Shown here: in pieces, positions 61,301 to 62,650 of the stretch
Layout of the letters: each line of letters begins with the position of its first letter
Position numbering within the stretch: the stretch's first letter is position 1
Assembly (NCBI GenBank): GCA_944381145.1
Contig: CALWJZ010000002.1
Span: 51,681 to 115,680 of the forward strand
From: an uncultured Clostridia bacterium
GTDB taxonomy: Bacteria > Bacillota > Clostridia > Christensenellales > UBA1242
DNA: 64,000 nt
Direction: 5' to 3'
Notes under the pieces: model-generated
What the model was told of the DNA's origin: nothing
The model's input: only the letters and a program-made list of their open reading frames with translations
The model's database searches: none
Translations under genes and position numbers: made by a program

Positions 61301-62332
61301 TCCCAAATTTTTGACACTTACTGAATACTTAGGGAATGATTTCAACACAATGTTTCCATCTTCAAATCTATTGTATTCAACTGTTTCATCATTCAAAGCA
61401 ATTGATTCTTGAGTTAAAGCATCAATTAAATATCTAATTTCAATAAATGAATGATAATATTCAAAATACTCGCCATTATTTAAACCTAAAGTCAATGTAT
61501 AACGACCAGTATCCTCATTAAATTCTAAAAGTGGATAATTTTCCTCAGCATCAATATCTTCGTCAATTTCTTGCAAAGCAAAATTGTTTGATGAAGGCTT
61601 GTCTAATACATTAACTATCGCAGTTTGACTTTTGTTTGTATCATAAATTGAAGTTACAGTAAGTAGAAAAGATTTAATATTAGAATCTTCTGGAATAGTA
61701 ATTTGACTTGGATTTTGCAATAATAACTCATTAATTTTTTCGACATCTTGAGCATCAAATTCATTGTACCCATTTTCTTCAATCAATTTTGCAACATATG
61801 TCACACCTCTTTCAGTAGTGTTTTCTGGAGAATACTGAATATAAGTATCTCCACTTTGCAAATCAACACTTGTACCTCTAACTATAGGAATTAAATTATT
61901 TTTTATTACAAAATTTTGAAGTGGAACATTTACTCTAATAGGAATAGAGTAAGTTTTGTTGCCTTCTTCTGTTTGAACTCGAATTATAGTATCCCCATCA
62001 GTTTTTGCAGTAAATTTCCCCTGAGTTAAATTTGAAGAATATACTACACTATTTAATTCAATTACACTTTGGTTATCTACAGAAAATCCAACCTTAGTTG
62101 AAACATCTTTACCTGCACCATCAACACGAACAGTAATGGTAAATTGATTTTTGCTTGCATCAGTAGAAGAAAAATTAATGACATTGTTTTCAATATCATT
62201 ACCATCACTATTTTTGATCGATACTAAACTGATTGACATTTTAGCGTATTTACTTTCTCCACAAGCGAAGCATGTAAATACAGATGAAATCATTAATAAA
62301 AATAATGTAAAAATTTTTTTCCAAGTTCTCAT
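37379..62332 (-). CDS. Giant (8,317 aa) secreted/lipid-anchored surface protein: signal peptide + Ig-like stalk + seven GLUG-type beta-helix modules
   Basis: A single uninterrupted frame of 24,954 nt. N-terminus MRTWKKIFTLFLLMISSVFTCFAC|G. Big_2-like segments. About 60 GG[LIVAF]x[GSA] rungs, hand-counted. Recurrent cap motif (DIDL..W.PIG...F.G.fDGNG) and closing motif (W....YP.L). Own promoter and terminator. Confidence 0.9.
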   Translation of the reverse strand: MRTWKKIFTLFLLMISSVFTCFACGESKYAKMSISLVSIKNSDGNDIENNVINFSSTDASKNQFTITVRVDGAGKDVSTKVGFSVDNQSVIELNSVVYSSNLTQGKFTAKTDGDTIIRVQTEEGNKTYSIPIRVNVPLQNFVIKNNLIPIVRGTSVDLQSGDTYIQYSPENTTERGVTYVAKLIEENGYNEFDAQDVEKINELLLQNPSQITIPEDSNIKSFLLTVTSIYDTNKSQTAIVNVLDKPSSNNFALQEIDEDIDAEENYPLLEFNEDTGRYTLTLGLNNGEYFEYYHSFIEIRYLIDALTQESIALNDETVEYNRFEDGNIVLKSFPKYSVSVKNLGEGSVLKDTDLITVSPLEDNKFEIFKTTKEGEYTLYFVIDYFGFEDRFETVEIPLDIRVKMFPSEIKLFKNQADLKNADKNNSKGLELQDNDIVVYSNGQDTPVWVDVWSDTASLDRQAVSIEVNNPNVQITDANGQPINTVNSGGVFYLSKIDGTTPITEDIELRLTSSTYKNVTKVIKVSCVNEITEITVLRRDIQLDLTRFTGNQNDTNIEELFLVGEYLSFKGLPLNEQGDQDYTQVKIEIEDKSYFDFQVDLENNNLKLINIKNKLGSTKLTITTPNGVSQFFYMIVTYPIDENNPEFLKIQLENFEDYSTDYNEMISINGGYIYQFAGTNSSESESYRTKLLVGKTYNFYYLLGDSKADSQIYSDLNGIFSISLADSMDRNCVEISGRLIRVLDYSDTPVTLKFAFSSLVGNIKIYINVDVYFERPITYISSNLYEIPLNDPIYDKTTINEDAYIGNTGNKYIDVYGSKTIEITLNPDKVTTNPQIEWLAGPYSSNAQSIGYYPSSIVGNIITFSVYNNGGQIILELSEDKLRAKLSISGIANNTLRFNLYVFVSQSYISETGENVDNDELFTDITVNVVKASQVGAINTKLFNNNISFDIRNMSYNETSNTFTSNNTFDFEYELIAETRNDVVIGTGILINEITFDHSADLSIRDIGNGTIRLTVNQITGQYVENPKYTIAIISNSNPDVKSYITVRIADGNQIPFEIDSAQDLLDIGDTSKYSMALQSNYVLTKNIDLKNINWRPIGTEEVPFEGTLSGRYYLNDFEYRDYNLLNLNINVDNSQNNADTKNSYFGLFGYLGQSAVVKNISIYNYSINIASYRSSNIGALNDYIGVIAGFSNGQIIDCEIDDGLITAFNGTIIQNNKSSTRGINYDLSYSTPGFDVFGNIGGVVGRNLGTIDNVKVKTFMSFSSINDRKYIKAGGITGINNGTIVGKSNNFAVSNGLDEFDVAVVMNAHQDKSKLTKLMSLGGVAGLNSYSISNINTRCFIFGVYNDASESFEYNNSSIGGLVGYNRGHLYNNTVVPNIIGISNIGGLVGYSSDYTTSSIDNWLWNEGYIGSIHIYANRVEFLDFKDIYSYMNTAIYGINNVGGLIGNFENLNDNTLFKNFVTEFENGDKAGQFKTVTYSNVLANNSVSSYYNRDVNYESPYSYSSPNQNVDALKGLYYGDIVVGNSNSDTTQFVGGLVGRANNLLISSAYSKANIIFSAKESTYSADSEAELKLSSGIYIGGAIGSAQGITSIFNAQIFGKIYNTNNQLSAFGDKIYVGSMFGDISKLNRYSYTNSTGNTSIKNILEIRKNTSNDTTTGDKWDVHLLSGNDYTVTIDALNDFAYYGINQYIYEIFAIDNFNNLKYNFANLVNSYSVIELIEKDLSDLDNDGNTVEIFNGIINNFYGQGRVVYNSSNYPVIINYNGSIIKSTIPYIEVPGMISYNSFNGNDVINFYLSVDITNKNSNETTNYTLELPSKSISLSDIVTPVISENSLNIDSIDQGKFIDGKNIEKFDYILSLYNLEKTYDFDEDYTITTKVYWCEELTIKSGDFYTKLPSLIDNKTFGNFDVYSVGELDTKLQSLYICDNQSETGLNNNTNIENYYRYFNSQIHSGYPLSLGYNKTYIQNDIEYVNLIINLAPEVIQIDQDDIISDVNYENMWISSVEEIISEITELTPQNKTIYYYELYYANKDTNLKDYNQMPWQSMNVDGENLKVIDFNKDGVYTQLDIQYTNYINEEIKNKNLYNLVDVLKISILPPFLQNGVIRFISSDPSIAEVCIIDDIVYIQAKSVGSVEFLIESAYNTDISTSFTLNITSGVNTFEQYTDLSYNQTFESTEENPLIIVKNPTLSTTLHSKINGSFEYDNDYLKMYASNTLKLSLLTNENYGIRYFILNDDGNICHAESNKIFESISINGNQKFNVLKFNENYGLSGYAYYIDDTSMATKISGINTANGVRLLAVPFVNHGNEKTYLYDFVSGKGFAKNIYIDVVEGIYDIKTPSNVTFKPLNNQDIVVRVETDNADSQLFFNVYKNNSLNNLQVFSDVDKTNLLSIPNIENLYGKQINAYLFDEYDLYSENAVYFDKMYLRLKSEPTLEYDRVDTTKLVSKTYIFSVGVVDKYLFDEDLTNQFNIEFLVVDYNQSEIYSNTTITVERQEINDIILRHYSGVDQYLDNQDTYDFNEYYESKTLITGYPGLLQVNLFPNYANVDYITLTSSEYQGNYISMEQLVAVYDRTNTYFDGYYKTYNENREIIDNGRGIKIGKYSTMFSSQNIDNYSYDGSFYVRTVVPNLPLGSVDFTITVNCYYQEEIIFTDSIIINVTKSPTVDINVNGDDTGVIALGRELEIDAMSNSEITWSVSSAGLNVSNIMTSELPVYNELTNKYEIQVKPITELIKLYGTYDDVLRNLLGKDIVYTATVSVDIKGRVYSTKDSITIRLALFTIDEVSVDYVQDGNFHGIYNQPYDLRGYISKATYDENYDLANGNKIKNIIDGYSNLISQVQSNSFQLLQNGYWGILTDEPNQKSDFWIERQGDYYVIKNNMRYPTSTLKLEIKVEYTSYSESSIHGLIINPTSYVNTDFIRVKDCVFGLEFNRLSNEENPEPIYTQAELANMESGGYYILLSDITLNDWTPINTNIASLDGNGYVITINNDSFYDTTLNVSGDQEISRDLSLGIFSTISESTTIKNLIIEVVPSNMVNTDNVSTMLSDVEIDVANYSQVKFGLLAGENKGIITNVVVTNNANKYRNERNELLYNRGLISTYTKLPLTNKIIFENSSGSSEIIRNLSTINLNYGGITSTSTTNRIGVFVGINNGFISNSNVSNINIKGLDCVAGFVAENNNTISSSYYAGGNINAQVSAENSDSLGASAFVFYNNGKILYSYATGAKFTDNAGNEISTSGLDLSVFTGSNYTSKGVRLRSTGVISESGNSSGFVYTNTGIISDCYSNILVYGNISTGFVYGNSGTINNVYTLSSILSSDSNNNPFISLIENNTSANNTGNITNAYYIKVIESDINSSSSSNPLDNYLNESKQIASAISLAKLASYNTFDSFAFNSNYDSILDINYDEKSLTAIEEITRSVWFYPNNSNDESSSTFNSPYFRESDYIHGAPQLVSANLNTYSLKYYVSDNSTKLINSLYGNLLTDYPDTVVDFTKNNIKISSSEVSLDGLISKIKSNATSLEETNITKSEVVDTMKNYVNLGINDSKYQNITEQYLEDSLSQYILVSLYYESEIYNQIQADLNSFKDYVIKTILNNNVFSNYSYVDVKIYDVNVDAIPETTSTYEYYAILENTSGISIEYGNSILNPYLIKSAKDYNVFIMQTDENNISATEKNFKSDKYLRLISDISFNSSEMVVKTFNVDYSGVLDGNGMTISDIRINADTTISSNAINKQQSGNYQETEKYVLDTYVINSDGSIFKVSISSVEYIVKKPTVDSEIYYLYLRNTVNGQNVDELVTNFEYDIEVSGDTPTEVTVYRKATSVGMFAKLTNGAVVKNLNVTIAELYGSGVNFVGTIAGQVIDSKIYNVTVTGDNVVVFGYNVTGGIAGRVEGNSSLINLNSNVAVTSTYFDNYNTFDKNNVDILESNTYNVYEPKTQEGSSRFSDISYAGGIAGIIDVDKIGDASSDLDFGNMSKIRYNIYSGNTSIRGEIVGGLYGYIGENSIITAGQVYADTLTKLDASRISGGLSGQNLGKIERSYVSYTKDQQNSIDQAIYDLSQNTEQIYGDIIYSGDDKTMFNGNAHFIGGLVGLNINGQIIDSYNKVNVVNINSMFAGGIVGVALGGQLTSVYTTADVYAFYGIGGIVGLNVNYSNGSDNDFTIISNKLFIENNDAIQDFNSDVKLTVQGVVAINMWKLEHLNIRRNHINEQVSTYANIGSIVGYSYNSEIQTDEIISRLFNENMYTITAYTYDSINNYLNSSDQSSYKGFELLSEIGNVESSLEIESNDLSIATTNDGITYIVKENSDVDTIKNILINNEIIEGYIHSGNILEVNKTNGEYETVMSKHYSRLREYSSSRTLKEILNRYYMFAQASEVIGKISTADVSVVENRVVEIDVQNSSGVSYNTLKPDNGAIPQNIYPNNVWKTTVWSGINFNESSQEKTDNYIFPVHENKSSDPTIYVYEYADLLQVNNNPNGTFILMNDITVPVDAKPLASLGNPFTGVLKSNLVKNPDTGLYDKYTITFENEFGASGSVGLFSAVKGAYFDNFTIEINKNIWVSDDGNNDSAVGALFGYAFARGYTATTLKDITVNFNNNSQITTKTSGTNNFSIAYVGSVGGYADSLNITNLVVNNPQITLQGQTNNITNKNIYVGGLFGYGSIFSGIVSNNIELNNPSIQLDVEFAEGYYDTLAIGSAFGKIVNTSSSSEINNETFKLENLTIIDPEINITLNAIEQKCVSFDNIGIGGAFGLAEGLQLSKLFTLNNIKIEHDDLATSSLNVTNNGVYSSSLYSNKGNTNIGGLIGQLGGNNNGYINITNLTNNFTEVNYVHNNQNKYLEESNSISNVNLGSIIGGVVSSSGNLNNLLSNTNLNYSLTELDKVNVNIGGIIGAFNSGSAYRIISNKNVETIKDENDLSTKVTIGQNTNLNIGGVLGKMTGGEVIESGYNANIVLYLSSQSYSNINLGGLIGFANLLSTNSESIKSSFASGQINLFTENDSQNNANIGGLIGYAKDRIWISDVYTTNSIKTYNYNETNQITTYENISNYHAIGGFIGLFTAQDNSDLNLKLENSFTIANIILNLSTDTDSYVAGIIGRAESMSGYDISTSINEDTAYYLADFMLDTNSIGTAKSCTELLFDDNAQQLISNSGSTTGNNIWSFATNNYPVLTWVKNNYESMLDSKLTPEVVSALDSTIDSTNLSNFDSVIITDQIITKDLDINLKGVDVYFKNPITQEGYSSREFGYVLFTSVDESSRIYGIHIGTEEYPLSVTKHIILKNYGKVSTTNISNLNSPTGYIQTNKGIDIYPVININSGYMYETNDGLIVYPQIVTKVSPLIKTNSGVGQIKFAVINSENVLTINSSMFDSYITVEDNYYYYDHDGNMQILDESQAQDISNFTENYDFYNHWIILPVNESMLEDEINNRHNGRVFLRWELKLIVGENWYYDDIDLNSTTQTAYSDYVWSNYVNLMLNDKKVGNNDIIIGEEVNIKSNLGLAYFSQLVNNSEDSTYTSKRIYLSNDIDLFGRLFTPIGGALLIENLNNNIFEGSFDGRNFKINNLFIINEKDAGFFGTSKATRICNIDFENVTLIANHGNIGTITSNQISHSEISNIDISSLNILNSLILDSESAVGGIIGKISSSNIGINQVTINESNNTQIYNGDYVGGLVGQIQNGSLSVNLSKNMQKLQGREYVGGILGYALNSDVSVTQTYNEGDVYQQNSNDDSTYSAGGLIGYANVNSFVNINETYNSAYVSGYNVGGLVGLVYNSTEISNSYVSRGDIGKLINNVVNDRNNINDSILHSTGGKESAIINVVDENINVNLYQVYSSLNKVDLTNSTQLQYYKTFALDNDITEVNYEDNSLVILDHDELSRPNNDIFNDWSYIWSRVSQKNNNYPVLLFASETWKGIEPIVQNGEYIIENVENLTWVAEKVNSGYTFEGETIRVAENVNVLDLQKRLWMPIGYSEINSFQGTFHFGNLTIKNLTTNGYYKNNIFDENHLVKNYVGLFGYTKNATFTGNLTLERDNNTPNEGSHIRSLGSYAGSFIGYAKNTTISESSTITSYLNVQGVEGYIGGIIGAYEINDNITTINGRSEKIYNLGSLINYGNTSVLVESNNIGGVAGIIGSISVVSNNLSQNKITIVADNISNFGSVYNAIGNSAGIVAEILGENVTFQVDNVLNASNLVNSASNLGSIVGYSDGEIIINNAILDNQIDGKNIILLSNNIKANIGSIIGSAKSVTINALQFDPDGVQISSSNIINYIQNENMSGAIGGLVGKVTDLTFGNTDILTVENIEFIFNHSGEQNYTYSNYIGGIVGRVDGRLKLSDENDLIVKNIQGLQGVGYLGGIAGYVNELVSPSENVEIVVENVNITEVTDVNDENYLNLLTNNSSKYLDTYGNIGGVFGYIHNGTINLNKYTIQGKESTRLEIIGKSKYIGGIVGRIGISVSEINIKNIKILYANINGDLESKSQFVGGLVGQLGKTTSKTINLRSASIENSNITGFDYVGGLFGEVYYADIQDVVVSRVNIGSNIDGLHSNSFIGGLIGRGKLIKINNARFGDDYNSSDNTNIIGGNYIGGLVGAGEEIEIQNSVAYINTFEILNVKGDCDYYIESSIQPNGQIKENNILATGGIIGYVSHAKSSLNSYYLLENLDVTINRVVAGNSKFGGIVGYADNVEIFEASTSIKKENIVGEKSSGDIYGIVNVLKNAGNNINWYSENYWLLNISVATFERDNASYGEYEGLTNSISMAYANGASPKGSHPTYNQKYNETVIYSSDYNGDISLANGNKAINSQIKSMVDSHSDKDEKEILIDLVKQIYTEAGLWNVTEDNKILFSYNMDQRAVDMKTEFQINQTDDDIDDYLYLYTSLTKRYFYNDVPKDVTINIYDQMMNVQNTHFGTGGYRTGESLQSSLVPLGSQFFPINNLTIIGYTDEKEENARARIELTTNVYIAGSSDYDKYNLYGFIGFVQGDLTLKNLNMIHSASLPIEIKDLIHVNSEKDYEEYFGTFIASTTPIRYSEHLSIPETVTFDLDNILNSVDISSVYDNDRVTIAGGIIGLAKSAYTSTLGTNNDKQYVNILSLSRNNPNDITQLEEFGNVKYKFNFNNVRNDGSLFDNYQNSQKAPKVVGGVIGYIDASSLIGDNVYEIVPTVNASVENNSSLMQQSIKNNGDVYASEIAGGVIGYLGKNVNIVVNTQLSNKVQNGLIWNTGNVIANIEELQSDGDGGEVQSFDTKSKYSVAGGVIGFLSIGTNGMYQETIQVYDDSSATQIDKILNYYNLNNLYSGNFAVSDENTKSYYTNLNTSVIEADYVGGIVGVVIGLENNENVISGHNNEYVDRDKDFYDSNLIKLSITNSHNYLNVKNNAGLYTNVAVASGIIGSYFNIYSLEFDACINMGEIYSNNGAIGGIISFAGTNDGSINNFDLYVRNHKIIDNYTTDDITKSQYENLDLSINNSKDYGLKELNFIKTLNASKQIGNIIKILKDDSSTTVYSNLAVGGLVGYVHNINVNIDNCLSQGSLIARQFINDPDYILSYVGGFVGYTNQGSQYKFITSSNSGYTFGYNNRYDISSEKYIVTQTNEEISEISGHFAGGLFGYIKSNNSSFMGHISELSYNLQSYDINLETVKQDKLYYNIVDRYINSNVYSGSNVVKGAIVTSGIIGQYESVSLSGSSSRRLILTNIINNANVEGIKASYNESGASGILSEFKNIASLYFDNCINNGIIDGSNMVAKVKNGDSIDYVEGGNAGGLIAYVPYGYNGAYYNRYIEISNCQNGREAIIQSKPESYYDAYGVNEQVAVGGLIGYIEDTTTSIELSAGRIYLNMHDLNTYGQVRLDAENSRGAGGLIGYANIEHLEIKDVTNRASVSSSGNSGGIIGHNSSKLTEFVNVVNSGVISAQNISIESDQIKNAGGFIGLHGHENYNYEAKLDITYDDKFIYVVGSVYSVYSKNNAGGFIGAVKNIGAKNINIYSNSGYYIYINTNVEAQGRTSVAGGIIGCVYGNIMVSGEENKEPQINIEHIEIHGNVIATECVGGIIGKTDPETAGYETTHYVINAIRIYLIRLGSDYSKNVGGIIGQMNGEKTSLTSVSNIIVGQDNGNTAITSQENLGGFIGSIINKPINTTSDNNNSEFADYINFSSCTLNNIYFKGTKGIGTSTVWDNEVSIDEDGNFVPKFYVSFDYNDGVYKPEEKTVRYYDFGNIGLVVGNNAGNNDPNNSVLFSGTIKLRSEINGLHDVDIQGNSKLDNVSLPNILNSENCIIDIEIDGIDNAWDQVNELYNNIKNQAFSHYVNYTKIVIKNTEYGKYVDYFDGEEFRNLIIYDS
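37808..41770 (-). repeat. Giant protein beta-helix module 7 (aa ~6855-8175)
   Basis: Weak cap (LVPLGSQFFPINNLTIIGY). 19 GGxxG rungs, from IAGGIIGL (aa 7048) to NLGGFIGS (aa 8103). Closing motif STVWDNEV...FVPKF. Confidence 0.5.
42170..44605 (-). repeat. Giant protein beta-helix module 6 (aa ~5910-6721)
   Basis: Cap YIIENVENLTWVAEKVNSGYTFEGETIRVAENVNVLDLQKRLWMPIGYSEINSFQGTFHFGNLTIKNL. 13 GGxxG rungs. The most regular run has GG at aa 6432, 6469, 6502, 6537 and 6572. Closing motif NINWYSENYWLL. Confidence 0.6.
44648..45886 (-). repeat. Giant protein beta-helix module 5 (aa ~5483-5895)
   Basis: Cap IYLSNDIDLFGRLFTPIGG...FEGSFDGRNFKINNL. 5 rungs (AVGGIIGK...NVGGLVGL). Closing motif WSYIWSRVSQKNNNYPVLLF. 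Confidence 0.6.
46832..48970 (-). repeat. Giant protein beta-helix module 4 (aa ~4455-5167)
   Basis: Cap IYVYEYADLLQVNNNPNGTFILMNDITVPVDAKPLASLGNPFTGVL. 8 rungs (YVGGLFGY...AIGGFIGL). Closing motif NNIWSFATNNYPVLTWV. Confidence 0.6.
48986..51400 (-). repeat. Giant protein beta-helix module 3 (aa ~3645-4449)
   Basis: Cap NPYLIKSAKDYNVFI...YLRLISDISFN...DYSGVLDGNGMTISDI. 7 rungs (VTGGIAGR...GIGGIVGL). Closing motif NNVWKTTVWSGINF...YIFPV. Confidence 0.55.
51974..53509 (-). repeat. Giant protein beta-helix module 2 (aa ~2942-3453), GG-less rung variant
   Basis: Cap IYTQAELANMESGGYYILLSDITLNDWTPINTNIASLDGNGYVI. Rungs read xGFV..N.G.I...Y (AGFVAENNNTISSSYY, SGFVYTNTGIISDCYSN, TGFVYGNSGTINNVYT). 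Closing motif SVWFYPNN...GAPQLV. Confidence 0.5.
55862..56035 (-). other. Big_2-type bacterial Ig-like domain inside the giant protein (aa ~2100-2157)
   Basis: RFISSDPSIAEVCIIDDIVYIQAKSVGSVEFLIESAYNTDISTSFTLNI matches the Big_2 signature (SS-P-x-A-V ... G-x-V-x-A-x-x-x-G-x-x-x-I). Confidence 0.6.
57305..59173 (-). repeat. Giant protein beta-helix module 1 (aa ~1054-1676)
   Basis: Cap FEIDSAQDLLDIGDTSKYSMALQSNYVLTKNIDLKNINWRPIGTEEVPFEGTLSG, then YFGLFGY. 8 rungs (NIGGVVGR...YIGGAIGS). Confidence 0.6.
59174..62260 (-). other. N-terminal ~1,030-aa beta-sandwich/Ig-like stalk region of the giant protein
   Basis: Big_2-like segment at aa 84-136 (SVDNQSVIELN...GKFTAKTDGDTIIRVQTEEGNKTYSIPIRVNV), plus further strand-rich units of about 90-110 aa. 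There are no GGxxG rungs before aa 1240. Confidence 0.45.
62261..62332 (-). other. Signal peptide with lipobox-like cysteine (aa 1-24)
   Basis: MRTWKK (positive n-region), IFTLFLLMISSVF (hydrophobic core), then TCFAC|GESK. F-A-C at aa 22-24 is a relaxed lipobox, so SPase II cleavage is plausible but not certain. Confidence 0.55.
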
Positions 62333-62407
62333 ACTATCTTTCCTATATTTTTATATTTTGAAAAATTAAAAATATTATTATATTAATATAATAATATATC
62401 TAAAAAG

Positions 62408-62436
62408 ATTATATAGAATAAAAAAAAACAAGTCAA
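62408..62436 (-). promoter_or_regulatory. Near-consensus sigma-A promoter of the giant gene (TTGACT-17-TATAAT)
   Basis: On the minus strand: TTGACT (62436-62431), 17-nt spacer tgTTTTTTTTTattcta containing T9 (plus A-run 62420-62428), TATAAT (62413-62408). About 70 nt upstream of the ATG. Confidence 0.6.
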
Positions 62437-62581
62437 ACAAAAAAGTCTGAATATAAAATTTTTAATCAAATATTGAAGAATTTTGTCTATTTTTAAATGA
62501 ATGTATAAGCTTAAGATATGCAAGCATACATGATAATCTTTAAGGATAAAAAAATTTTTATCAAACAAATATATACTATGC

Positions 62582-62618
62582 AAAAAAATAAAAAAAGCGA
62601 TAAAATATCGCTTTTTTT
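62582..62618 (-). terminator. Rho-independent terminator of the upstream paralogue
   Basis: agcgata (62596-62602) pairs with tatcgct (62606-62612), with A/T-extended arms. TTTTTTTATTTTTTT follows on the minus strand, about 33 nt after the stop at 62651. Confidence 0.75.
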
Positions 62619-62650
62619 CAATGTTATTTAATATTTGCATAGTATACAAA

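Noticed and set aside
37379-62332. Giant protein as a polymorphic toxin / contact-dependent inhibition / RTX / NRPS-PKS type product
   Set aside because: There is no recognisable C-terminal toxin plus immunity gene pair (the next gene is rpoB). There are no RTX GGxGxD nonapeptides, no adenylation/ketosynthase motifs, and no secretion-system genes in the window. The GGxxG motif here is the GLUG-type rung, not a calcium-binding repeat.
37379-62332. Giant ORF as an assembly artefact from collapsed or concatenated repeats
   Set aside because: The seven modules and about 60 rungs differ substantially at the amino-acid level, with no long exact repeats evident by eye. Linkers are unique, and the frame is continuous with proper 5' and 3' signals. 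It still deserves long-read confirmation.
37572-62369. About 20 plus-strand ORFs of 60-153 aa in the track that lie inside the giant gene (e.g. 43575-44036, 38198-38566, 47946-48281)
   Set aside because: All are antisense to a frame that stays open for 8,317 codons. Their products are low-complexity mirror images (I/L/F/P/S-rich) with no SD or promoter context, which is typical of shadow ORFs.
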